Assembly (NCBI GenBank): GCA_003971905.1
Contig: RSEE01000019.1
Coordinates: 1 to 64,000, forward strand
Length of the DNA stretch: 64,000 nt
Origin: Moniliella sp. 'wahieum'
Lineage: Eukaryota
Direction of reading: 5' to 3'
The position numbers and the translations under genes were made by a program. The notes below the pieces were generated by a model, which saw only the letters and a program-made list of their open reading frames with translations, ran no database searches and had not been told where the DNA came from. Below, one piece after another: positions 48,979-61,139 of the stretch (position 1 is its first letter; every line of letters begins with the position of its first letter).

Positions 48979-51960
48979 GAGACACGGGATGGCGGGGCGG
49001 TGGGTGATTGTGATGGTGGTAGGGTGGATGGAGGGAAATCCAGATGCACCTCCCTACTTATACTGTGTGGGAAGGATGCTCTCGTCTCGTGCGGAAGGAA
49101 TGTCTGCCCCCGCTGAGACGCGAGAGGAGAAGCCGAGACTGCCGAACCAATCAATAATCATCGATGATGATCTCCCAGTTGTGCGCTCTCTACTGCTCAC
49201 TTGTTGTCACTGTGTCTATCTACAGTCGTCACTCGCGTCATGGCGACGCGTCACTAGTCACTCCTGGTCTGTTTACGCGGTACGGAAAAGAGCGGGGCCC
49301 TCTGCGGGGCCCGCCGCCTGGGGTTGCGACTTCCGGGTGCAGCAGGACATGGATACTAAACGTTGAACGGGTCTCAATTGCGACTCAAACTTCGCATCGC
49401 GTCATGCAAAAGGTTTTAATATCCGGGAGCAGATGGCAACATTATCTCTGTGTCCGCCCAAAATGGCTCTCAACTACAAACTAGAACAAAGTCTACGCCC
49501 ACTGCAACCCGCGTCCGGGGCTGTGGGAAGAGGCCGTCCAAACTATACCGACAGCTTACCTGCGCACGTAGAGACGATACCATCAGAGAGGTTTTATTCT
49601 TCCTCACAGGCCCCATCACACCACTGCAGCACCATACCCCTGTTGTGTTACTCACATACCCCGTTACTTTCATATCATGCCAACAAAAAAATGGGGAGCA
49701 CACTGTGTGTTGGCACTGTGGATAACCAACGGTTTCACCATCACGGTGCTAATATACTAGCATCGTGGACAATCCCAACTCTTCCCTTCAAAACAGGGCG
49801 AACTAACCCATATAACCAAAGAGACAGAGAAAACGCTCACTGTGTTCACTCTGCGCCACTCTCCTCGTCACCCTCTAGCGTGATTCGATCTAGAGGTATA
49901 TATATGCCTTCATGAAGCGAGTCGAAACAGAGTACACTCACAGATGTGTGTACGCTGAAAGTTTGCCTCAGATCCTATCTGACTGGCTAGTAAACGGGCC
50001 AACACAAGCCCCAACGTTGGCACGTTAGTTTCCTGTGATTCTTACGGCGTATATTCACTGGGCTTTCCCTACTACGAGAAAAGCAATACGCTCGCAAGGT
50101 AAAAGGCCGTTGATGCTTCGAGTGTGCAGTTCGGACACCACAACAGAACCGCCACTGCACAGCGGAAAGGTGTGGGTGCTAAGGCAACTTGTGTACGACT
50201 GCCACGCATGAAGAGTAATATATTGGGGTGTGTCGATGAGGTGACTGGGAACAAAAAGGCGACTATTATAAAAATGAGGAGGGGCGCGAGCTTCAAGAGC
50301 AGGCGCCGGGCTGGGAGGGCCACCTGCGGTGGGGTTTGTAGGGGTACCATCCCTTAGAGGTCCAAAAGTTAGGGCTCACACTAGTATTTACTCGCTGGAG
50401 CCAGTGGTTGGTGCCGATGGGGACCTGGAGACCGTGAGTAACCGCTCAGCGTATAAGAGGCGGCTGCCAGTGTATGAACAAGCCGTGTATGCTCCGGCGA
50501 CTTAGACAGTAGTAACGTGTCTGAAAAGCCACCTTTGGGGCTGATGTACGGGCAGTGTGGCAGCGGGTGACAAACACCGCCAGAGCTGGAACGAAGGACT
50601 GGACTTGGCCTCGACTCGAGGTGGCTAGAAGAGGGATCGCGCGACTTGACTGGGATTGGATTCGACATAGCTGCAGGATGACCCACCGACAGGACGCTGG
50701 AGAGCCGGGAGGTGAGAAACAGAGCTGGGGGACGAGGACGGATATAGCTAGCAGAGACGATTACCGGAAGACGCAATGCTACCTGTACTGGATGAATTGG
50801 CTGGAAACGGGCAAGAAGACTCCCAGTGGCCCTTTTATATAGCCACCGACTTCCACGTGCCCAGGGGACGACTATTGTTGCACGATACATGTGACGCTGG
50901 TGGCCACCCTCGGGGCACCGCTCATGTTTCGAAAAATGGCACGATGGAGCTTGGTTGGGTTTGGGAGCGAGCTCTATTGTGGGCTTGGGTAGAGCAAAGG
51001 GGAACCATAGACTGTAGAGTAGATGAGATCGGATCGCATCCAACGCTACCCATAAAACATCACACTCTCCCTCCCAAGGCGTGTCCTGGCACCTTGCAGG
51101 GGGTAGTTTCTGCATTATACTCAGTCCACTCCAACTAGGAGGCGATGGCATTATCGTGTTGGTCATTCAACGAACCTGGGGTCGGCGGGGTGTTGAGCCA
51201 CCGTGGGTGTTGGCTTGTGTGTTTTGGCCAACGTCCTTTAGTCATCCCTGGACTCAGGGCTAGGAGTTCCTTTGTTTTCTCGCTCCTGTGTTTTCTTTGT
51301 TCCGCAGCCTAGCGCCTGGCAGCGGCTGGCTGCTTGAGTTTCTCTGTAGATGTCTGGCTGGATTAGACCACCACGGCCGCTACCACCAGAGTGCCATTGC
51401 ATAACCCTCGAGAGGACATCAGGGCTCCAGGTTTCATCACGGGTTCCTATTCCCGGTTCTGGCGGGAGTCAACGCCCGCTGGCGCCCCTGCGAGCCCGAT
51501 GCTTGTTGGGGTGAGGAAGGCTAAGAGAGCGCGAGGCTCAGCCAGGCTCGGCGTCCCGACTTTTGCAGATGTGGTGGATTGTAACCAGATTGGACAGGTA
51601 CCAGCGGCGCACTCGTCATAAGCGCACTATAACCCACGGCAGTCCCGACACGCAATGATGGTGGTACCAAGGCTGCCCATAGCATGGTTGGCCGCTGGAA
51701 AGCACGCACACGACTTGGATGTGAGGAGTCTGGTTGATGTCACGGATGATTGGTGGACAGTCAATATTCAATTTCAACTTGACGCTCAGCTGCAACGTTC
51801 AACAACCGTCGACGTGCGAGGGCCGTGTGCTGACATAAGCCGGATGCGTCGGTCCGTCGGCGTGCCCCGAAGCGACGGCCGTCGCGGTCGCCATCACCCC
51901 CATCGCCTCGGCCGCCGCCTCCCCGTCCTTCCCCGCCCCCTTGGTCGTGGCGCCCCTCCC

Positions 51961-54900
51961 ATGAGCGACGACCGCCTGCTCACCATCCCCTGGGTGGCAA
52001 CCAGTACATCGACGTCGACCTCACCCGTCTCTTTGCCCCGCCCGTGCCCAACGAGGAAGCGGTCGACTTTGACTTCCTTCTCCAAGTCTTGGGCGATGAG
52101 CGCCCCCCGCCCAAGTACTGGCTCCGCGTCGCTGCATACTGTGCCGCCAATGGCCATCCTGCTGAGGCCGAGGAGGTGTCGCGCGCCGTGCAATTCAGCT
52201 CTTTGGCCGTCCCTCCCGCCCCGGGGATGCGCCTGCTCCCGAGCTCGTCGGCGTTTACACCTTCTTGCGTCCCTCCTTCTCGCCCGCGCCCGCGACGCTC
52301 CTACGTCCTTCTCCCGGATGCTCGCTTCAAGGTCCTTGATCCAAGGCTGTTCCTCTTCCGTTCGGCCTTTTTTCGGAAGCGGACACGCTTCTGCGCCAAG
52401 CTGAATCTCTTGCTCATCTTGTCCGCCCTCCCCCTGCTGGCCACTCCAACCCATTTGCCTATGCCCGCCAGCTCACCGACCTGTCCAAGGGCGTTTGTTC
52501 TATCCCGGGACATGCGCGATCAGGCCATGTCTGCGTTCGAAAAGATCTTGGCCAGTCGCCCGTACCACACGATCGCGCTGCTGGGCAAAGGATGTCCTGC
52601 TGCTGCGTCGCAAGAGCTACAGCGAGGCGCTAGCGGTGTACCAAGTGGCGCTGCTGCACGTATATGTGGCTCAAAAGCTCACTGGTCCTGACCCACGGAT
52701 GGTATCGGGTTGGCGACTGGGGCCTGGAGCGTTACAGTGAGGCACGCGAGCGTGGCGTCGCAGCTTGGTATTGGACCCGACGAACCAGCGCGTTGACACT
52801 GCTCGGTCTCTCGTCACTCTACCTGTTCAAGTCCAGTTCCCCGCTTCTTTCCAGGGCGGAAAGAGATGCCCTGCGCCAAGACTACTACGCAGAGGGCATC
52901 CGCCTCCTTTCGCGAGCTTTCCACATCAACGATCGCAGTGCCATCACGGCCGTCGCCTTGGCAGAGCACTTTATCAGCAAGGCCACCTTGGTGATCTCCT
53001 CTGGTCTCCTCTCTGACGAGTCTGGCACGCACTGGGAAATCGTACGTGACATGTTGAACCGCCCTTGACGCTGGGAGAGCAAGCGATCCAGTATGCCGAT
53101 GCGTCCCGCTCCACGATCCAAGCCAAGCTCCAACACGCGCGCGCACTCCATTTCATGTCCTACCTTCCTGGTGGCGAGATCGCGCTTCGAACGGTAGCCC
53201 AGCGCTTCTATACCTCCGTTTTGGAGGACAGTACCCGCTTGGCCTGGCGCGCAGCTCGGGGGCAGCTGCGGGTACAGTAGCAACCAAACACACTCTCCCC
53301 TGAAGCCCTCGCAGCCGGTTGGCCCAGATTCAAATTTCTACCGGAAGCACCGCACCGGCCAAGGAGACGCTGCTGAAGTACACTACCAAGGCCATGACCG
53401 GCGGTTCGAGCGGGGGTGGAGATCCTTTTGTTGGCTGCTGCCCTGCGTGCGCGGCAGAACAACAGCGAAGAGCCTCGGCAGATGCTGGAGCGTGCTCTCA
53501 AGGTAATTGAAGCAGCACAAGAGCAAGTGGGGGTGGATGAGACGATGCGGGTGGCTGGCCAAGGCCCGATGTTTAGTGCATCAGGCGATCCCCATCAAGT
53601 ACCCTGGAAGGGAGAGCAACTTCACACGGGCTCGGTCCATGCGCTTGCTCGCCTGGGGCAGCAAGATCCCTACATCTACATTGACTTGGCCCAAATGGTC
53701 CAGACGCAGGATTCTGGTCTGGCTGGAAGAGCATACGCATCGGCGCTTAGAATTCTCAATGAGCGTGGCTTGGGGCCGCGCGATCAGATGCTGGCCGACC
53801 GTGTGCGGGCCAATCTGGCTGCCCTCATTGCTCTCGGGTCCCAATTGTCGGATGCGGAAGTGGAGGAAAAGACGGCATCGCTCAACTTGGCTTTGGATGA
53901 GATCCAAGGCGTGCTGGCCCAAGTTGGGAGCAACAAGGACGAACCAATCCGGGTCGTTTCGCAGTACAATCTCGGTCGCACCTATGAACTGGCGGGGAAG
54001 CGCGCTGACGCACAGCATGCGTACGAGCAGCTGCTCCAGGAGCACCCTGAGAGTATGTCGACGCCAAGGTCCGTCTGGCGCTCATGTTAGCGACCACAAG
54101 GCCAGTCGAGAGGAACGAGACCATGCATACACTCTGTTCCGCGAGTCGATTGCATCGGCCCCGGCCAACCTGGATGCTCGGCTAGCCTATGCAGTTTTCT
54201 TGGCTGGTGAGTTGCCCGGATCGCCCTCGAACGTCAACTGGCTCAGTCTCCGAGACTTTTTGGCAGAGCCGCTCAAGCCGCCTGACATGGGTGCTTCGAC
54301 GTTTGGTTCCAAAGCAGCAGCAGCCGAGCTGCAGGCCAAAGCGCGTCGGGACGCCACATCGCTGGCTGCGCTCGGCTGGTCCTACTACCAAACCGTTTTG
54401 GCCCAGCGTAACAAGCCCGCTGCAGGCAGACGGCGGAGCAGGCCAAGGCGGAGCGGACCAAGGGCTTGTTCCGTGCAGTAGACCTCTTTGACCGGGCGAT
54501 TGCGGTGGACAAAAAGTGTGCCTTGCTGCCCAAGGCCTGGCCATCTTGCTCAGCGAGGATGTGTTTGAGATCACTGAGCGCGGTTCCAACCTCTCCCTTC
54601 AGGAACGCTATCATCGGAACGCGGACGAGGCCATCTCGATCTTGTCTAAGGTCCGCGAGGTCCGCAATGATGCCAGTGTGCACATTTGTATTGGTCATGC
54701 CCTGATGCGCAAGAAAGAGTATTTCCGCGCAATCAAGAGTGTACGTCCTGCCCTCTCACATTCCTTTGTCTGTCTGACTGCCATACTGACCTTCTCCGGT
54801 GATCGCAGTACGAGCTTGCTGAAAGCCTGTACCATCCTCAGGGGTTGCTACTTACTTCGTTGCTGCAAAGCATGGCCCGAGCCGAGTATGCCGAGGGGCT

Positions 54901-55992
54901 TTTGGTCCGCTCCCCTACGCACTTGGGAATGCGATTGCCTATCTGGTTCGAGCACAGCGTCAGCTGAAGGAGATCAATACGACCAGCTCGTTACTCGAGG
55001 CACGGTGGGTGAGCTACAATGAGGCGGTACTGCGGCAGCGTCTGCTAGCGCTGCTGCATGACGTTGGACCGCAGTATCGTTCTGCCAAGGAGATGCGTGA
55101 GGCGATCGAAGGGATGAAGCAGGCAGTGGAGCTGATGACGAGCTTGGCCCCGTTGGCCTCGGCGCGCCAATTGTCCCATATTACTGCGGATTGGGGAGCA
55201 ACGGATCAAGTTTGCGACAGGCACTCTGTTGCCCCAAGCCGAAGTCGACTTGGCGCAGCAAGAAGCGTATGAAGCGCAGGAGCAGACCAAGATCAAGGCG
55301 GCGGAGGAGACACGGGCTGAACGGCAACGTCTGCTCGCCGAGAAGCGCAAGAGGCTGAGGTGGAGCGGCAGCGTCGGGCGGAAAACTGGCGCGCCGTCGC
55401 GAGGTGGCGAAGGAACAGTTGAACGAGAAGCTCGACTGGTCCGTGCTCGAGGCTGTGGGGCAAGAGAAGAAGGCACGCGCCCCAAGAAGGACAAGGCGTC
55501 AAAAAAGAAGGGTCGCAAGAGCCAGCGTGGGGAAGGAGAAAGCGACGATGCCGTTCTCTCGGATGGAAGCGATCTCTTTGCTTCGGCTGGTTCCGACGCG
55601 GATGATGGAGATCCCGAGGAAGCCGAGGCCAAGCGGCAACGCAAAGCGAACGCAGCCTTGGCCCGAATCAAGAAGTCCAAGAGCAAGAAGGGCACGGGTA
55701 AGGGTAAGAGCAAGGGCAAAGGGCGTGGCAAGCGTCGCACTCGCAAGGTTGCCAGTGACGAGTCGGGGGATGAGGAGGACAACCCTCCCGATCTCAACGA
55801 TGAGTCGGAGGAGTCGGGGAGTGAGTCGGATGCCCGTCCGAAGAAACGGGCGCGGAAATCAACTCAAATGTAAGTGCCTTTCTGACTTGTTGTACACTAA
55901 GTGCAAGGAAACTGAACACTTTCTTCCTTTCCTCCTCGTTTTGGACAGTATGGACGACGACGACATCATCGACTCGGACGAAAGAGTTTTGA
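51961..55992 (+). CDS. CTR9: Ctr9, TPR subunit of the PAF1 complex
   Basis: N-terminal LLQVLGDERPPPKYWLRVAAY; TPRs (YNLGRTYE...AYEQLLQEHPE); AAQGLAILLSED...EAISILSKVREVRNDASVHICIGHALM; K/D/E-rich tail. Introns 54741-54808 and 55870-55948. Confidence 0.9.
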
Positions 55993-56837
55993 TTGTAGGC
56001 GTGGTTTGTGGTTCGGTTAGCGCACTCCCAAAAAAATGCACCTTGTATCGACTGGGTTTGTTTGTCATTGTGTGTATCTATGCATGAGAGGGTGTTGCAT
56101 ACTACAGTTACATTTGACTCTCAAAAGTTTCGACAGGCATCCGTGGTCCGGAGCCACCTTCCCATCCCGCTTCACTCCTCCCACGCCCCTCACCTCCACA
56201 TACGCACAGTGACAGCGACAGGAAGGGAACGGTGGTCTATATACTGTTTGCGAGAAAGACTGCGGGGTTTACAGTGCCATTGGCCAGGCCTCAGACAAAG
56301 CATCATCACTTCTGAACAGGTTGACAATCTCACAATATTGGCTGCATTCCTTTGGCCAAAAGTCCTCCCAACATCCTGTGCCCCAGGCACCGCTTCCCCT
56401 TTCCCCTCGACTACTTGCGCATAAACCAGTGAAGCACCCACTAAGCAGGGAAAATGCTATACTGCCCGTTGTCCCATAATACACACCCCGTACCTTCACC
56501 CAGTTTGGTTGCCATGAAAGCTTCAAGCCCACAATCGAATCGCCTGCGGACTGGATCTAGGTGTAGGCTCTGTCGTGGCTTCGTAATTCCTGCCCACTCG
56601 ATGGCTACATCTCTGTTTGATTAAGGGCTTGGTGTTCGGCGTCTTTGTGCGCCATCTCCGTCCGTATACTCTCCACAACTCTCCTGTCCGTGTTTGGGCG
56701 TACCCGCGTCTCCGCTGCTGGTTATAATACGAGGTTACATGTTATCCTGGCACCATCTGCTCAATGTACTACAACACTTGGCTATAGGGCGCGTAGACAT
56801 ATTTTTTTTCTTTTCTCCTCCAAGATACCTGCCCACA

Positions 56838-58719
56838 TCAGGCCGATTCGTCCTTGTTGTCCTTGAGCATCTCGCCCGCCTTTTCTGCGACAATAGCTTC
56901 GTCCTGGAGCTTGCGCGCATGGATGGCGGTCAAGACATGTTTGACGTTGGCCGAAGGGATGCCCTGGCGACGGGTCATGAGCGTCGAAGGGATGCTGGCC
57001 ACCAACGCGCCCGTCGAGTCGTACGCGTCCACCGGCTTGAGCAACTTGACCCCGCGCCAGCGTGTCATCACACGGAACGGATCACCGCGGATCATCATCT
57101 TGGACCGCTCGTAAGCAATGTCGTCAGCCGACAAGGTCTTGCTAAAGGTCGGCATCACCTCGGGCCAAATAAAGGGCTCGAGCAAGCCCACTTCGAACTT
57201 TTTGAACGAAGGTCGGCCACCATCACGGGTCTTTTTACCAGTCAACGGGTTGCGACGGATGTGGGGGCGGAAGATCATGGAACGGATAAAGGTGGTGCGC
57301 AATCCATAAACGGCCAACAGGTAGCTACGCAATTGATGTTTGTCCACGCCGACAGAGGTGCGGAAGGTGGCCTTCCACGCATCGTACGGCTTGCCCTGGG
57401 GGTGTAGTTCTTGACCATGCGAATGCGCATATCGGGCAAGAATTCCAGCTCACCCGCCCGTTCCGGCTGGGCGTACCAACGCGGCATGGTCAAGTCAAAC
57501 ACCTTGGTCGACAAGGAGTTGTCGACGTACACCAAGCTCCGATCGCGGTTGTGCCAAGCGGCAAGGAACTCCTCGTTGCGCTGAGTGGGCGTCATGGACA
57601 TCCAATCGATGAACGCTTCCTGCTCCTCGGCAGCATCGAGGTCGGCGCCCTTGCTGAGGAACTCGGAGAGAGCAACCTGCTGCGACTCGACCGAAGTAGC
57701 AAGCTCAGGAAGCATGTCGGCCTTGTTGGTGACATCCATGCCTTGCATGTACTCGATTTGTTTTTGCAAGACGGCTTTGCGTTTGTTGAGCGAGCGCACG
57801 TACTCGGCTTCTTCTGCCTCGATCGCCTTCAACTTGGCCTCGGGCAGCCTCTTGCACTTATTGGCAAACTGAGCCTTGGTCCCTCGTGCTGAACAAGCAA
57901 CGTATCAACCTGGGCAATCATTTGTTCCATCTTGGCCACCCGTTCCTTGATCACCTCCTCCGACGGAACAGGGTATCCCGATGTGAACCCAGTGCGCCAA
58001 CCAAGGCGACGAATGCAATCGTACCGCACCTGGAGCATAGCGGCGGACTGGTCGGCTTCGCCCAAGGTCTGCCAGATAGGCCAAAGGATGGTATCAATCT
58101 CGGACTCGAGTTCGGACGGGGTCAAGGCAGTGTAATAATCCTCGTACGGCAGCTCGCCCGAAATCCACGATTCCACATCGACCAAATCTTCGCTCGACTC
58201 GGGCACTTGGTTCCCGGTATCCTTGAGGTAGGCGTGCAATTGCTCCTGCGACGGACGCCAAAGCATCGAGCGCGCCTGGACAAAGCGCCGCTTTTCAGAC
58301 GAGAGGGACGGGAGGTGGGCCTTTGCAATGGACGCTCTCGCCTGATGGTACAAGCCACCACCGCGGCTGCGGGATAAGCGGCCGACGTAAGTAAGTTTGC
58401 GCACCATCTTCTTGTACACTCTGGCCTGGCGCATGGCGTGCTTGCGGGCGGGGTCGGCAAAGGGGATGCGCTTGGGCTTTTTCGTGTGCGACAGGGGGTT
58501 TTCGGGGCGATCACACGGGCCTGGAGAGCGGTCTGGTTGGCGGCGGCAGCGACGACGGGGGAAGCTTGGGCGGCGGGGGCGGGCACGTCGGCTGCGTCGG
58601 AGGCGGTGGCAAGCATGCGCTTGGCGATGGGGACGAGGGGGCGACGGGGCGCGCGCGGCGAGGCGGCGGCCGGCCGCGTGGGCAACGGCGCGGCGCGCGG
58701 CAGACGTCAGCCGGTACAT
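56838..58719 (-). CDS. MRP20: Mitochondrial ribosomal protein uL23m (Mrp20-like) with a long N-terminal extension
   Basis: Presequence MYRLTSAARRAVAHAAGRRL; L23 core FLPDMRIRMV...ATFRTSVGVDKHQLRSYLLAVYGLRTTFIRS...KKFEVGLLEPFIWP. Confidence 0.8.
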
Positions 58720-59047
58720 CGGATCCTTCGTGGTCGTCGGAGCGCAGAAGGCAGAGCGAGCGCTGGCCGGCCAAACATTCTCGGGTCCATTCCGCCGCGG
58801 GCGGAACTCAGGTGTGGCGGACCTCGCTTGAAATTGCGGTTGAAACGTAAAAAAAAAAACACATCCCAACCATGCGATGTTGCACTGCAACGACCAGAGG
58901 GTTATGACTGCTACTGCTAACTACTACTCCTACTGCCCATCCGCGTCACCTGCTAGCCCCTCGCTTAGGGTCCGTGGCGTTTTGTGTTGCATTCCTGGTC
59001 GCGTCTCTGGGGGTCCCGGCCTCGGACGCGCAATACCATATGCCAGC

Positions 59048-60298
59048 TCACCTCACGCTCACGCTCACGCTCGCCACGCCACTCCCTCGGCTCCCGCAGC
59101 ACCGCAACCGTGTACGTTCGGCCTCGCCTTCGCCCGGCGGCGCCCTCGATACCCGTGTCGGGTCCCGAGAAGCGTTCCATGTACTGCCATCCGGCTTGGA
59201 GCGGCAGCTCATCAGGATGCTCTCGATGCGCGCGCCGGGCGTCTGCAGTCCAAACTTGGTCCCGCGGTCGTACACGAGGTTGAACTCGACGTAGCGGCCG
59301 AGTCGGATCTGTTGCCAGGCGAGGTCGTGGTCGGTGTAGGAGTAGCTTTGCGTTTTTCGACAATGGGTACGTAGGCAGGGACAAAAGCGTCGCCAAGGCT
59401 GCGCACCGTAGCAAACAAGCTCTCCAGATCATGTTTTTGGCTCGACACGGCCGTTTGGGGCGCATGCTTCGTACCATCAAAGAGCGGGATGTGAGCGGGT
59501 TCCAACGGTCGGGCAGAGCAAGGTCATCAAAAAAGATGCCCCCGACACCGCGGTTTTCGTTGCGATGAGGGATCCAAAAGTACTTATCGCACCACCGTTT
59601 CCAGGCCGGGTAAAACCCCGTGTCGTGCTTGTCGGCGGCCTGCTTGAGCGTCTGGTGGAAATGAGTGGCATCTTCCTCGTTGAGGTACATGGGCGTCAAG
59701 TCAGCGCCCCCGCCAAACCACCACGCCACAGGCTCCGTCTTGCCATCGTCGCCCTTCTTGGCCTGTTCAAACCTAGGGTTGGCCGATCCATCCTTGAGAG
59801 TGGGCGGGTGGGTAAGCTCAAAGTAGCGGTAATTCAAGTGGGTGGTAGGGCAAAACGGGTTTTTGGGGTGGATCACCATGCTCAGTCCAGCGGCATAAAA
59901 CGGCAAGCCAGTGATCTCGGCTGCGGAGCCATCGATTTTGTACCCCGTCTTTTCGACCAAATTGGAATGGTTGGCGCTCATCTGCCGAATGGCAGCAGGC
60001 GGCAGGTGACCATGGACAATGGAGATGTTGACGCCAGCCTTGTTGAACGTCTCGCCACCCTGGATAACGCAGGAGATCCCTTCGCCACCTTCCTTGCGGG
60101 TCCACTGGTCCACAATGAACTTCTCGCTGGGTTCGGTCGCTTGAAGCGCCTGGACGATCCGGTACTGGAGATCCTTAATGTAGGTCTCCATACGCAACCG
60201 CATGGGCTTGGACGGATCGTCCAGTACCTTGAGATCCAGCTTGGAGACATCGGGCAGGTTGGCCTTGGAGGATTTCCAAGCGTCGGACGAAGCGACAT
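59048..60298 (-). CDS. HEM13: Oxygen-dependent coproporphyrinogen III oxidase
   Basis: [97 protein letters not shown]. Confidence 0.97.
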
Positions 60299-61034
60299 GG
60301 TGGGTTTGCACAGCAGAGAGAAGGGGGAGGAGAGGATACGATCCAAGCGGTACAATCAGGGCCTGTCTACGCCGGCGGAGACGAGTGGGGAGGATGGTGG
60401 GGGTGAGTGACACCAGGAGTCGGAACGAAGCTCATATCCGGTTCGGGACGGTGTCAGTGATCAGTGATCGATGATCTCGTCCGAGATTGGCCCAGGCGGG
60501 AATCGACCAAGCCGAAGCTAATAGCCGGTAACCCTGACGCTCTACCGGCCGGTCTGAGTGGCTGGCCAATAGGAGGGATTGATTCGAGCGGTGGAAGCAC
60601 AATCGCCAGATCGCTACCACACACCACCCAATTGCATTGCCACTCCTCAGGCCACCGCTTGTCCTGGATCCCCTCTTCTCACCATCTTCATCTTCTTCAT
60701 CTTCTTCCAGCCAGCACGTGGATGGCACGCTTAGCTGATCTCTTACCTACATGTCACCCAACCCAAGCTAACCCAACCCAAGCCAAACCAAGCCAACCAC
60801 CAAGCCATGCACCCAAGCCATACCCCTCCCAACCCAGGGCCTCAAGGCCTCATCTGATACATCCACCGCAAGGCGAAAAAGTAACGAAGCAAGGTCATTG
60901 GTAATTGGTAGAGATGAGCAAGCACTCCCGCTAGGCCGGTCGACCGTCCCATTGCATCTCCCTGCCTTTTCTGAGGGGCATAGGGGGGGGGGGGGGGACA
61001 GAGAGAAATGGAAGACGGAGGATGGAGGAAGGCC

Positions 61035-61088
61035 GTGGAAGACCAACGTGGGAGACCAACGTGGGAGACCAACGGGAGGCACGTGGGA
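61035..61088. repeat. 13-mer tandem repeat GTGGGAGACCAAC (about 3 copies) just downstream of the SEC24 stop
   Basis: gtggaagaccaac gtgggagaccaac gtgggagaccaac gggag. Confidence 0.8.
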
Positions 61089-61139
61089 AAAAGGAACGAG
61101 GAACGAGGACGGTGGAACGGTGGGGGGGGGAGGCGACGA

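Noticed and set aside
35000..51900. Ste3/Pra pheromone receptor
   Set aside because: No WCD or GHRF motifs and no 7-TM hydrophobic pattern found by eye. A profile search is still advisable.
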